A model generated the notes under the pieces. It saw only the letters and a list, made by a program, of their open reading frames with translations. It was not told the origin of the DNA and did not search any database. A stretch of DNA of 64,000 nucleotides from contig JAUXWH010000292.1 in assembly GCA_030681365.1 (NCBI GenBank), positions 8,959-72,958 of the forward strand. Reading direction: 5' to 3'. Made by a program: the position numbers and the translations under genes. The stretch is from Bradyrhizobium sp. Lineage in GTDB: Bacteria > Pseudomonadota > Alphaproteobacteria > Rhizobiales > Xanthobacteraceae. Position 1 is the first letter of the stretch; the number at the start of each line of letters is the position of its first letter. Shown here one piece after another: positions 19,458 through 28,672 of this stretch.

Positions 19458-20650
19458 GGCGTCTCCATTCGATTATTGGGTTCGTCGGCTTTTTCGAACA
19501 TGGCGTAGGTGGTGCGCGGCCGGCGCAGCGCCTTGGCGACGCGCACGGCGACGCGGTCGCCGACCTTGCCCATGCGGCCCTCGGTCAAGGGCACGTCGCC
19601 GCAGCGCACCGTCACCAGCGCGTCCGGCTTGAGGTCCAGCATCAGCGTGTCGCCGACCTTGAGATTCATCATCCGCCGCAGCGGCAGCCGCTGCTCGTAC
19701 AGCACGGCGTCGACGGCGATCTGCGCCTGGCCGATCTCGGTGGCCAAATGGCCTTCCCAGATCGTGTCGCGGCCGAACTTCTCGCCCATGAACATCTGCA
19801 GCAGGACGGCGCGGATCGGCTCGATGGTGGCGTAAGGCAGCAGCAGCTCGATATTGCCGCCGCGGTCTTCCATGTCGATGCGCAGCCGCACCAGGATGGC
19901 CGCGTTGGCCGGCCGCGAGATCGCCGCGAAACGGGGATTGGTCTCGAGCCGGTCGATGTTGAACTTGACCGGCGACAAAGGCTTGAAGGCGAGTTCGGCG
20001 TCGTTGAGCACGATCTCGATCATGCGCTTGACCAGATTGGTCTCGATGGTCGTGTAGGGCCGGCCCTCGACCCGCGTCGAGCTCTGGCCGCGGCGGCCGC
20101 CGAGCAGCACGTCGATGATCGAATAGATCAGGCTGGAATTGACGGTGGCGAGGCCGAAATTGTCCCATTCCTCGGCCTTGAAGACGGCCAGGATCGCCGG
20201 CAGCGGAATCGAATTGAGATAGTCGCCGAACCGCACCGAGGTGATGCGGTCGAGCGAGACCTCGACATTGTCGGAGGTGAAATTGCGCAGCGAGGTCGTC
20301 ATTAACCGCACCAAGCGGTCGAACACGATCTCCAGCATCGGCAGGCGCTCGTAGGACACCATCGCCGAGTCGATGATGGCGCGGATGCCGGAATTGTCGT
20401 TGAGCGCGACGTCGGCCATGCTGAAGCCGAGCAGGCTGTCGATCTCGTCCTGATGCAGGATGCGCTCGGCGCCGCCTTTGCCGCCCTGCCCGGGACCGTC
20501 ATCGGCGACTGCCGCCCATTGCGCCGCCGCCTGGTCGTCGCCGGCGTTGGCGGCAAAATCGACCGCCGCACCGGCGCCGGATTCGGCCTCCAGCGCCACG
20601 CCCCATTCGGCGGCCAATGCGTCTTCGTCGATCTGGTTGTTGTTCGCCAT
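19454..20650 (-). CDS. fliM: Motor switch protein FliM
   Basis: RILHQDEIDSLL, ERLPMLEIVFDR, ETNPRF, SpoA C-terminus. Confidence 0.96.
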   Translation of the reverse strand: MANNNQIDEDALAAEWGVALEAESGAGAAVDFAANAGDDQAAAQWAAVADDGPGQGGKGGAERILHQDEIDSLLGFSMADVALNDNSGIRAIIDSAMVSYERLPMLEIVFDRLVRLMTTSLRNFTSDNVEVSLDRITSVRFGDYLNSIPLPAILAVFKAEEWDNFGLATVNSSLIYSIIDVLLGGRRGQSSTRVEGRPYTTIETNLVKRMIEIVLNDAELAFKPLSPVKFNIDRLETNPRFAAISRPANAAILVRLRIDMEDRGGNIELLLPYATIEPIRAVLLQMFMGEKFGRDTIWEGHLATEIGQAQIAVDAVLYEQRLPLRRMMNLKVGDTLMLDLKPDALVTVRCGDVPLTEGRMGKVGDRVAVRVAKALRRPRTTYAMFEKADEPNNRMETP

Positions 20651-20665
20651 ACGCCCCTTCGCCGC

Positions 20666-21178
20666 CTATTGAACGACGATCTCCTTGAACAACACGGCGG
20701 TGATGTGGTTGGGCGCGACCGCGACATTGACGCGGCGGGTCAGTTCTTCCTTGAGCCGGTAGAGACCGGCGGAGCCGTCGAGATCGGTCGCGCGCAGTTC
20801 GCGCAAATAGGTCTGGAAGGCGTCCATCACCCGCGGCATCAGCGGCTGGATCTGCGCCACCAGCGCCGCATCCGGCAGTTCCAGCACGATCTTGACCTTG
20901 AGATACTGGGTGCGGTCGCCGCCGGTATTCGACAGATTGACCAGCACGTCGGGCAGATCGACGAACACCGCCGGTTTGGCCGCGGCTTCCTTGGGCGCTT
21001 CGGGGACCGCGGCGCCGGCAAAGAACTTGTATCCGCCGTAACCGCCGCCGCCCAGCACAGCCAGACCGGCCACGGCGATGATGATCAGTTTTAACGACAG
21101 CTTCCGCTTTGCTTTGACCGGCTGTTCGGATTCTCCCTCGGGCTTGTCGTCCGGAGCCGCCTTTTTCGCCTTTGCCAT
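20666..21178 (-). CDS. fliL: Basal body-associated FliL
   Basis: TM helix, LVNL, YLK....LE, GLYRLKEEL. Confidence 0.94.
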   Translation of the reverse strand: MAKAKKAAPDDKPEGESEQPVKAKRKLSLKLIIIAVAGLAVLGGGGYGGYKFFAGAAVPEAPKEAAAKPAVFVDLPDVLVNLSNTGGDRTQYLKVKIVLELPDAALVAQIQPLMPRVMDAFQTYLRELRATDLDGSAGLYRLKEELTRRVNVAVAPNHITAVLFKEIVVQ

Positions 21179-21281
21179 GAAAGTCCTCGGTTCGCACGTC
21201 GGGCCGGGCCGGCGATCGGTGCCGCTTCACGTGCCGTGCCTGAAATGCTCAACCACGCGCCCCCGGCAAAGGTAGGTCGGT

Positions 21282-21431
21282 ATGGTTAACAGATACTTTC
21301 CGAAGTTCCGGAAGGCGGTATCTTTTGCCGGGTTGGCCTTTCCAGAGGGTCATTGTTGCCGGTGCAAATCGGCCCCGTTTTTAGCTAAATATCTATAATC
21401 GTTTATATTTCTGAGTTGGCACGGCGGCTGC
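21282..21431. promoter_or_regulatory. fliL CtrA half-site; ftr site, AT-rich IHF-like tract and sigma54 promoter of flgF
   Basis: ATGGTTAAC 21282-21290; CGGTA-N5-TGCCG 21316-21330; AT-rich 21378-21410; TGGCAC-N5-CTGC 21417-21431. Confidence 0.75.
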
Positions 21432-21439
21432 AATACCCC

Positions 21440-21533
21440 TGACAGCCGCCGGCTTGGGAGAGCCAGTGGCCAGACTTCGGCGAAGACCGGCCTCGGGAGG
21501 GCGGGCCTTGGCCGACACTCAGGGGAGTTACCG
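21440..21533 (+). ncRNA. Structured flgF 5' leader, probably the flg-Rhizobiales RNA motif
   Basis: Hairpins GGCT-TGGGAG-AGCC and GCCT-CGGG-AGG, three GGGAG copies, between the sigma54 promoter and flgF, where this motif is known to occur. Confidence 0.6.
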
Positions 21534-22289
21534 ATGCAGAACGCACTTCTGATCGGACTGTCACGGCAGGTCGCGCTCGGCCGCGAACTGGATGTGGTCG
21601 CGAACAATATCGCCAACATCAACACCACCGGCTTCAAGGCCGACGGCTCGCTGTTCGAGGAATACCTGTCCTCGGCCGCGCGCACCGCCGGCGCCGGCAA
21701 CCGCGTCAGCTTCGTGCGCGACCGCGGCACCTGGCACGACCTCAGCGCCGGCCCGACCGACCAGACCGGCAATCCGCTCAACGTCGCCATCGACGGCAAG
21801 GCCTTCCTCGCCGTGCAGACGCCGCGCGGCGAGCGCTACACGCGCAACGGTTCGTTCCAGATCAATGCCCAGGGCGAACTGGTCACCAGCGAAGGCCATC
21901 AGGTGCTCGGCGATGCCGGCCCGATCCGGCTGCAGCCGAACGACCGCCAGATCACCATCAGCACCGACGGCACCGTCAGCGTGCGCGAAGGCGCCGAGAA
22001 TACCGACTCGCTGCGCGGCAAGCTGCGCATGGTCGAATTCGGCGACGTCCGCCAGATGCAGAAGGACGGCAGCAGCACCTTCAAGACCGCCGACGGTTCG
22101 CAGCCCGCGCCGACCACCCAGTCGCGCATCATCCAGGGCGCGCTGGAGAAATCGAACGTGCAGGGCGTCATCGAGATGACGCGCATGATCGAGATCACCC
22201 GCAGCTACACGCAGATCGCCACGCTGCTGCAGCAGCAGCACGAACTGAGCTCGTCGTCGATCACCAAGCTCGCCGACGTACCGCACTAA
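21534..22289 (+). CDS. flgF: Rod protein FlgF
   Basis: ANNIAN.NTTGFK, TGNPL.VAI.G, YTRNG.F, LE.SNV. Confidence 0.94.
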   Translation: MQNALLIGLSRQVALGRELDVVANNIANINTTGFKADGSLFEEYLSSAARTAGAGNRVSFVRDRGTWHDLSAGPTDQTGNPLNVAIDGKAFLAVQTPRGERYTRNGSFQINAQGELVTSEGHQVLGDAGPIRLQPNDRQITISTDGTVSVREGAENTDSLRGKLRMVEFGDVRQMQKDGSSTFKTADGSQPAPTTQSRIIQGALEKSNVQGVIEMTRMIEITRSYTQIATLLQQQHELSSSSITKLADVPH

Positions 22290-22308
22290 GCCCAAGGGAT
22301 CATAGACC

Positions 22309-23100
22309 ATGCGCGCACTGCACACCGCCGCGACCGGCATGAGGGCCCAGGAGCTCAATGTTCAGGTCATCTCCAACAACATCGCCAACATGCGCACCAC
22401 CGGCTACAAGCGCCAGCGGGTCGAGTTTCAGGATCTGCTGTACGAACACGTCAGCCGCATCGGCACGCAGACTTCGGCGCAGGGCAATATCCTCCCGGTC
22501 GGCATCGATCTCGGCGGCGGCGTCAAGACCGTCGGCACGCCGCGGCTGATGACGCAGGGCACGCTGGCGCAAACCGGCTCCAGCCTCGACATCGCCATCC
22601 GCGGCGACGGCTTCTTCAAGATCCAGATGCCCGACGGCACCTACGGCTACACCCGCGACGGCTCGTTCCAGCTCGACGCGCAAGGCCGCATCGTCAATGC
22701 CCAGGGCAATGTGGTGTCGCCCGGCCTGTCGGTGCCGCAGAACGCCACCGGCCTCTCGATCAATCCGCAGGGCCAGGTGTCGGTGACGCCGCAGGGCACC
22801 ACCACGCCGACGGTGATCGGCCAGATCACGCTGACGCGCTTCATCAACCAGGCCGGTCTGGTCGCGGTCGGCGACAATCTGTTCACCGAGTCGCCGGCCT
22901 CCGGCCCGCCGCAGGACGGCCTGCCCGCCACCGACGGCGCCGGCGACCTCCAGCAGGGCAACCTCGAGCAGGCCAATGTCGAGGCGGTCACCGAGATATC
23001 CAATTTGATCGGCGCGCAGCGCGCCTATGAGATGAATTCCAAAGTCATCACCGCCGCCGACCAGATGCTCTCCTCCACATCGAACATGATGCGAGGCTAG
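22309..23100 (+). CDS. flgG: Distal rod protein FlgG
   Basis: ISNNIANM.TTGYK...VEFQDLLY, YTRDGSF, AQRAYEMNSK. Confidence 0.97.
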   Translation: MRALHTAATGMRAQELNVQVISNNIANMRTTGYKRQRVEFQDLLYEHVSRIGTQTSAQGNILPVGIDLGGGVKTVGTPRLMTQGTLAQTGSSLDIAIRGDGFFKIQMPDGTYGYTRDGSFQLDAQGRIVNAQGNVVSPGLSVPQNATGLSINPQGQVSVTPQGTTTPTVIGQITLTRFINQAGLVAVGDNLFTESPASGPPQDGLPATDGAGDLQQGNLEQANVEAVTEISNLIGAQRAYEMNSKVITAADQMLSSTSNMMRG

Positions 23101-23104
23101 ACCG

Positions 23105-24121
23105 ATGATCCGCGCCCTCACCCTCGGCTGCGTTGCCTTCGCCGCCTTCGCCGGAGCGGCCGCCGCCCAATCCACGCTCGAGCCGATCCGGCCGGTGCTG
23201 CGGTCGCAGGCGCTGGTCACCGGCGATGTCGTGCGCATCGGCGACCTGGTCGACCATGCCGGCGTGATCGCCCGGGTGCCGATCTTCCGCGCCCCCGATC
23301 TCGGCTCGACCGGCACGGTGTCGGCCGACGCCGTGATCGAAGCGGTGCGCAGCCACGCGCTGGTCGGCCTCGATCCGCGCGGCGTCTACGAAGTGACGGT
23401 GACGCGCGCCAGCCGGACCATTACGGCCGCGGACATCGAAACCGCCGTCGCCGAGGCGCTGGCCGCCCAGCACAATCTCGGCGATGCGAAGAGCATTGCC
23501 ATCACCTTCGAGCGCGAACTGCGCGCGATCCATGTCGAGCCGACCGCCCGCGGCGAGCCGCGGGTGTCGCGCATCACCCTCGACAGCCGCAGCGGCCGTT
23601 TCGAGGCCACGCTCGAACTGCCGACTGGCGCCGCCGACCGCGGCCTGCTGCGGCTTTACGGCCGCGCCGTCGCCACCGCCGAAGTCGTGACACTGCTGCA
23701 TGCGATCGAGCGCGGCGGCATCATCAAGATGTCGGATCTGGTCGTCGAACGCCGGCCGCGCACCGACATCGGCCGCGACGCGGTGTCCGATCCCGAACGC
23801 GCGGTCGGCCTAGCCGCCCGCAATGCGCTGCCGGCCGGACGGCCCTTGCGCAGCGCCGACCTGACGAAGCCGGAACTGGTGCAGCGCGGCGAGACCGTGA
23901 CGATGCTCTACCAGGTGCCCGGCGTGACCTTGACGGTGCGCGGCAAGGCGACCGAGTCCGGCGCCGAAGGCGACGTCATCAGCATCCTCAACGAGCAATC
24001 CAAGCGCACGGTGCAGGGCCTGGTGGTCGGTCCGGGCCGTGTCGTCATCAACACCACGTCGCCGCGGCTGGCCGCCAATCTGGCGCCGTCCCGCACCGCC
24101 ACCCGAAACGCCACGCGATAA
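23105..24121 (+). CDS. flgA: P-ring chaperone FlgA
   Basis: Signal peptide, SAF-like C-terminus (LV.RG..V...G.A...G..GD.I...N..S). Confidence 0.92.
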   Translation: MIRALTLGCVAFAAFAGAAAAQSTLEPIRPVLRSQALVTGDVVRIGDLVDHAGVIARVPIFRAPDLGSTGTVSADAVIEAVRSHALVGLDPRGVYEVTVTRASRTITAADIETAVAEALAAQHNLGDAKSIAITFERELRAIHVEPTARGEPRVSRITLDSRSGRFEATLELPTGAADRGLLRLYGRAVATAEVVTLLHAIERGGIIKMSDLVVERRPRTDIGRDAVSDPERAVGLAARNALPAGRPLRSADLTKPELVQRGETVTMLYQVPGVTLTVRGKATESGAEGDVISILNEQSKRTVQGLVVGPGRVVINTTSPRLAANLAPSRTATRNATR

Positions 24122-24165
24122 CAGTCCGTCTTCGACAACAGCGCTCTTTTGTGAAAGTGAAACCC

Positions 24166-24912
24166 ATGACGATCCCTTCTGCGATGCGGCGCGCGATGCT
24201 GGCCACGATGGCGGCCTCAATGCTCGGTGGCTGTGCCGCCATGGACCGCATCAAGAACATCGGCCAGCAGCCGCCACTGTCGGCGGTCGACAATCCGACC
24301 GCGCGGCCGGGCTACAAGCCGGTGCAGATGCCGATGCCCGCGGCGATGCCCGCCTCGTACAATCCGAACTCGCTGTGGCGGAACGGCTCGCGCGCCTTCT
24401 TCAAGGATCAGCGCGCGCACCAGATCGGCGACATTCTCACGGTCAAGGTCAACATCACCGACAAGGCCAATATCGCCAACGAGACGCAGCGCAGCCGCAC
24501 CAACAACGAAGACTCCGGCGTCGAAAACTTCTTCGGCAAGCAGAAGCTGCCGATCCTCGGCTCGGCGCTGCCGACGCGCCTGTTCACCGCCGACTCGACC
24601 TCCTCGTCCGACGGCAAGGGCTCGGTCAACCGCCAGGAAGCCCTGCAGACCAATGTCGCCGGCGTCGTGACGCAAGTGCTGCCGAACGGCAATCTGGTGA
24701 TCGAGGGCCGCCAGGAGATCCGGGTCAACTTCGAAATCCGCGAACTGATCGTCGCCGGCGTGGTCCGCCCGGAAGACATCGAGAGCGACAACACCATCGA
24801 CTCCTCGAAGATCGCCCAGGCCCGCATCGCCTATGGCGGCCGCGGCCAGATCACCGACGTGCAGCAGCCGCGTTACGGCCAGCAGGTGCTGGACGTGATC
24901 CTGCCGTTCTGA
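24166..24912 (+). CDS. flgH: L-ring lipoprotein FlgH
   Basis: Lipobox LGGC, FFKDQRA..IGDILTV, GVVRPEDI, ARI.YGG.G. Confidence 0.96.
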   Translation: MTIPSAMRRAMLATMAASMLGGCAAMDRIKNIGQQPPLSAVDNPTARPGYKPVQMPMPAAMPASYNPNSLWRNGSRAFFKDQRAHQIGDILTVKVNITDKANIANETQRSRTNNEDSGVENFFGKQKLPILGSALPTRLFTADSTSSSDGKGSVNRQEALQTNVAGVVTQVLPNGNLVIEGRQEIRVNFEIRELIVAGVVRPEDIESDNTIDSSKIAQARIAYGGRGQITDVQQPRYGQQVLDVILPF

Positions 24913-25000
24913 CCGGAAAGACGCGTTTCCCGCCGGTCGCCTGACCGGACGAGCTCCCGCGCTGTCTTTCGTCTCGCGAGCGGACGACAGCGTTCAACGA

Positions 25001-25044
25001 CACGGCCTCTAGTAGCTCCCCTGCTGGAGGCCGTGTTCGTTTTT
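25001..25044 (+). terminator. Terminator of flgFGAH with a CUCCC loop (possible end of a 3'-derived sRNA)
   Basis: 15-bp stem CACGGCCTCTAGTAG/CTGCTGGAGGCCGTG (two G-U pairs, so plus-strand specific), loop CTCCC, then T run. Confidence 0.8.
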
Positions 25045-25052
25045 ATCTGCGC

Positions 25053-25274
25053 CTACTTGAAGTGGGTCACCTTGTACGGCTTGCCCTTGTCATCATAGGT
25101 GGTCCATTCGCCGACCTGTTTGCCGTTGTCGAAATGGCCGGAGCGCATCAGCGACCCGTCTTTGCGAAACCACTCCCAGTAGCCATCCAGTTCGCCATCG
25201 CGCGTCGTGCCTTTGGCTTTGATGCTGCCGTCCTTGTGCAGATCGGTACGTGTCTTGCGCAGCGCCTTGGCCAT
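25053..25274 (-). CDS. Small MORN-variant repeat (YwqK-like) protein
   Basis: Repeated G.W..Y/F..DG.....G...DG units, 73 aa from ATG 25274. Confidence 0.75.
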   Translation of the reverse strand: MAKALRKTRTDLHKDGSIKAKGTTRDGELDGYWEWFRKDGSLMRSGHFDNGKQVGEWTTYDDKGKPYKVTHFK

Positions 25275-25319
25275 GGCCGTCCCCGGATACAAAGCTCGCG
25301 GCGAAATCTCGCAAAACAA

Positions 25320-25345
25320 AATGGCCGGGACAATGCCCGGCCATT
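25320..25345 (-). terminator. REP-like palindrome, likely the dksA terminator
   Basis: AATGGCCGGG-N6-CCCGGCCATT, followed by TTTGTTTT on the minus strand; same family as 42299-42328. Confidence 0.65.
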
Positions 25346-25380
25346 CCGAAATCCGTTGCGCGTGAGAAAGCGCTCTGCCC

Positions 25381-25794
25381 TCAGTCGTCGCGGTAGACGC
25401 GCTCGCGGCGCTCGTGGCGTTCCTGCGCCTCGACCGACAGCGTGGCAATCGGGCGGGCTTCCAGCCGGCGCAGCGAGATCGGCTCGCCGGTCTCCTCGCA
25501 ATAGCCGTAGGTGCCGTCGTCGATGCGGGCCAAGGCCTCGTCGATCTTGGAGATCAGCTTGCGCTGGCGGTCCCTTGCCCGCAGCTCGATCGCCCGGTCG
25601 GTTTCCGACGAGGCGCGATCGGCGAGATCGGGGTGATTCTGGTTCTCCTCCTGCAGGTGCAGGAGCGTTTCCTTGGCTTCCTTGAGGATGTCCTCGCGCC
25701 ATGCGAGCAGCTTGGTGCGGAAATAGTCCCGCTGCCGTTCATTCATGAACGGCTCCTTGTCGGATGGCTGATAATTCTTTGTTTTCGCCAACAT
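25381..25794 (-). CDS. dksA: RNA polymerase-binding protein DksA
   Basis: FMNERQ..YF, D.ADRAS.E, YGYCEETGEPI..RRLEARP. Confidence 0.96.
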   Translation of the reverse strand: MLAKTKNYQPSDKEPFMNERQRDYFRTKLLAWREDILKEAKETLLHLQEENQNHPDLADRASSETDRAIELRARDRQRKLISKIDEALARIDDGTYGYCEETGEPISLRRLEARPIATLSVEAQERHERRERVYRDD

Positions 25795-25973
25795 CCCACC
25801 GACCCCTGTCTTTTTATGTTCTTAGAAAGAGCAGTCCACCCCCGGCATGCGGCAGGCTTATATACGGGCGCAAGCAGCCGGACAATATCCGAGTACGGAT
25901 GGTGTTAAAGCCAGATTTGTGTGACGGCGCAATGACTTCGGCGTGAGAAGCCGGTCCCGGAGGCGCTTCCCGG

Positions 25974-26384
25974 CTAGCGGAAGCCGGCTTTGGCCAGTTC
26001 GACGGCGACCCGGAGGTCGATTTCGCCCAGGACGCCGTCGAGTTCCGGGTCGCCGGTGGTCTCGGTCAGGCCATCGGCCGCCACCTTGAGCCGCGCCAGC
26101 GTCGGACCGTCGACGCTGCCGTCGAGCAGGCCGAGCTTGAGCTTGTCCAGCACGTCGAGGGCGTTGCGCCCTTTGGCGACGCCGCGCTTCTTGCGCTCGG
26201 CCGGGTCCTCGACCCCCTGCAACGCCATCAGGGCATCGACGGTCGAGATCGAGCGCAACGAGCCGGCGGCGGTGGAATTGTGCGGCGACTCCTGTTCGCC
26301 GACCGCGAAGGTGCCGCCGCCCGACCGGCGCGCAGCGGCCGGCGCGGACGCCCGTGCGGCTCCATTCGGCCCGTAGATGCGCAT
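25974..26384 (-). CDS. fliX: Flagellar regulator FliX
   Basis: DAL.ALQ, G...LD.L..LK..LL.G, EIDLR.AVELAK; divergent from flgI. Confidence 0.9.
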   Translation of the reverse strand: MRIYGPNGAARASAPAAARRSGGGTFAVGEQESPHNSTAAGSLRSISTVDALMALQGVEDPAERKKRGVAKGRNALDVLDKLKLGLLDGSVDGPTLARLKVAADGLTETTGDPELDGVLGEIDLRVAVELAKAGFR

Positions 26385-26448
26385 GGCAATCGACCCCTCA
26401 ACCGAAATGATCGGTCCCCGAATACCGGTGAAGCCTGAGCCGCTATGG

Positions 26449-26593
26449 TTAATCCCAGGTAAATGTCCCGGCAAAATTTGCCGGAGCGGCGTTTCGTGCC
26501 GGTCGCCGGACCGCCGCCTGCGTCGGCGCCAGCGAAAAATCTAAAGCTTTGTCAAACGCTTGCTCCTGTCGGCACGGTTGGCACGCGGCTCGC
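26449..26593. promoter_or_regulatory. fliX CtrA box, tandem ftr sites and flgI sigma54 promoter
   Basis: TTAA-N7-TAAA 26449-26463; CGGCA-N5-TGCCG 26469-26483, CGGCG-N5-TGCCG 26487-26501; TGGCAC-N5-TCGC 26579-26593. Confidence 0.78.
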
Positions 26594-26634
26594 AAGGGAG
26601 ATGGCCAAGTCATACGTCACATTGGGGAGCAGTG

Positions 26635-27762
26635 ATGACGAAGACGTTCAAGGCCGCATCCGCCGCGGTACGCTGTTTTGTGTTGCTGGCCACGCTGCTG
26701 GTCCCGGTTCACGCCGGGGCGGCTTCGCGCATCAAGGACCTCGCCAATATCGAGGGCGTGCGCCAGAACCAGTTGATCGGTTACGGGCTGGTGGTCGGTC
26801 TCAACGGCACCGGCGACACGCTCAACAACATTCCCTTCACCAAGCAGTCGCTGACCGCGATGCTGGAACGCCTCGGCGTCAACATCCGCGGCCAGACGCT
26901 GCGTACCGGCAACGTCGCCGCGGTGATGGTGACCGCCAACCTGCCGCCGTTCGGCACCCAGGGCACCCGCATCGACGTCACCGTCTCGGCGCTCGGCGAT
27001 TCCAAGAGCCTGCAGGGCGGCACGCTGCTGGTGACGCCGCTGCTCGGCGCCGACGGCAATGTCTACGCGGTCGGCCAGGGATCGGTGGCGATCGGCGGTT
27101 TCCAGGCCGAAGGCGAAGCCGCCAAGATCGTGCGCGGCGTGCCGACCGTCGGCCGCATCTCCAACGGCGCGCTGATCGAGCGCGAAATCGAATTCACCCT
27201 GAACCGGCTCAGCCAGTTGCGCATGGCGCTGCGCAATCCCGACTTCACCACCGCCAAGCGCATTGCCGCGGCGATCAACGACTTCATCGGCGTGCCGACG
27301 GCCGAACCGCTCGATCCCGGTACCGTCGGCATCACCATCCCGCAGCAGTACCGCGGCAACGTGATCGCGCTGCTGACCGAAGTCGAACAGCTTCTGGTCG
27401 AGCCCGACCTCGCCGCCAAGATCGTGATCGATGAGCGCTCCGGCATCATCGTCATGGGCCGCGACGTCCGCGTCTCGATGGTCGCGGTGGCGCAGGGCAA
27501 CCTCACCGTCACCATCACCGAGACGCCGGAGGTCAGCCAGCCCAACCCGTTCTCCCGCCGCGGCGAGACCGTGGTGGTGCCGCGCACCCAGGTCGGTGTG
27601 CAGGAAGACGGCAAGAAGCTGGCGGTGGTCCGCGAAGGCGTGTCGCTGCAACAACTGGTCGACGGACTGAACGCGCTCGGTATCGGCCCGCGCGACCTGA
27701 TCTCGATCCTGCAGGCGATCAAGGCCGCCGGCGCCATCCAGGCCGACATCGAGGTGATGTGA
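26635..27762 (+). CDS. flgI: P-ring protein FlgI
   Basis: RIKD...GVR.NQL.GYGLVVGL.GTGD, SL.GG.L..TPL, ILQA.K.AGA. Confidence 0.97.
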   Translation: MTKTFKAASAAVRCFVLLATLLVPVHAGAASRIKDLANIEGVRQNQLIGYGLVVGLNGTGDTLNNIPFTKQSLTAMLERLGVNIRGQTLRTGNVAAVMVTANLPPFGTQGTRIDVTVSALGDSKSLQGGTLLVTPLLGADGNVYAVGQGSVAIGGFQAEGEAAKIVRGVPTVGRISNGALIEREIEFTLNRLSQLRMALRNPDFTTAKRIAAAINDFIGVPTAEPLDPGTVGITIPQQYRGNVIALLTEVEQLLVEPDLAAKIVIDERSGIIVMGRDVRVSMVAVAQGNLTVTITETPEVSQPNPFSRRGETVVVPRTQVGVQEDGKKLAVVREGVSLQQLVDGLNALGIGPRDLISILQAIKAAGAIQADIEVM

Positions 27763-28097
27763 TGACCAGTGCCGTCATGCTGCCCGGCGCCAGCTCCAAC
27801 GCGCTCGACATGCTCCAGGCCAAGGCGCAGGTCGCCGCCCAGAAACTGGACGGCTCGACCAACGCCAAGGCCAAAGCCTCGGCCGAGGATTTCGAGGCGG
27901 TGTTCCTGAACACCATGTTCCAGCAGATGTTCACCGGCATCGAGGGCGACGGACCGTTCGGCGGCAGCGGCGCCACCGGCGTCTGGCGCTCCTTCCTCAC
28001 CGACGAATATTCCCGGTCCTTCGCCAAGGCCGGCGGCCTCGGCATCGCCAATGAGGTCTACAAGACGCTGATCGCGCAGCAGGAGATACGCGGATGA
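27762..28097 (+). CDS. flgJ: Short FlgJ (rod-binding domain only)
   Basis: A.DFEAVFL..M, GGLGIA..V; coupled to flgI. Confidence 0.9.
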   Translation: MTSAVMLPGASSNALDMLQAKAQVAAQKLDGSTNAKAKASAEDFEAVFLNTMFQQMFTGIEGDGPFGGSGATGVWRSFLTDEYSRSFAKAGGLGIANEVYKTLIAQQEIRG

Positions 28098-28137
28098 TCC
28101 CGAAAAGTGGGAACCGGTTTTCGGACAAGATCATCCG
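28091..28137. repeat. REP-like palindromic element
   Basis: CGGATGATC-CCGAAAA-GTGGGAACCGG-TTTTCGG-ACAA-GATCATCCG, an intergenic repeat family common in Rhizobiales. Confidence 0.7.
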
Positions 28138-28152
28138 CCAGGAGAAAATCCA

Positions 28153-28638
28153 ATGAGCCGGCAACTCCCCGCCCAGATTCCCGGCGCACCGCCGATCGCC
28201 AATGTCAGCGAAGCCGAGCGCGCCATCGCCAACCTGCACCGCATCATGGACCGGCTCGAGCAGACCGTCTCGGAGGAGTCCGCCCGCGTGCGCAACGGCC
28301 GGCTGCGCGATGCCGCCGACCTCGAGCAGTCCAAAGGCGAACTGGCCCATCATTACGCGGTCGAGAGCGAGCGCGTGAAGGCCGCGCGGACCATCATTGC
28401 CGCCTCCCTGCCCGAGGCGCTCGATACGCTGCGCCAGCGCCACGACGCGTTCCAGGCGCTGCTGCAGGACAATCTGATGGTGCTGGCAACCGCGCATGCG
28501 GTGTCGGAAGGCATCATCCGCGGCGTCGCCGGCGAGTTCGCCCGCAAGCAGGCGCCCTCGACCTATGGCGCCACCGGCCGCGCCAATGCGCCGGCCAGCA
28601 AGGCCAGCCAGCCGATGGCGATCAGCCGCACGCTCTAG
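28153..28638 (+). CDS. FlgN/FlbY-like flagellar chaperone
   Basis: All-helical, E...V..G.L...., L..N...L, YG..G C-terminus; follows flgJ. Confidence 0.65.
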   Translation: MSRQLPAQIPGAPPIANVSEAERAIANLHRIMDRLEQTVSEESARVRNGRLRDAADLEQSKGELAHHYAVESERVKAARTIIAASLPEALDTLRQRHDAFQALLQDNLMVLATAHAVSEGIIRGVAGEFARKQAPSTYGATGRANAPASKASQPMAISRTL

Positions 28639-28672
28639 TTTTATCAGGAAACCGGGCGAGCGGCTGAGGCCG

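Noticed and set aside
25381-25510. DksA with a single Cys instead of a four-Cys zinc finger
   Set aside because: Normal for alphaproteobacterial DksA
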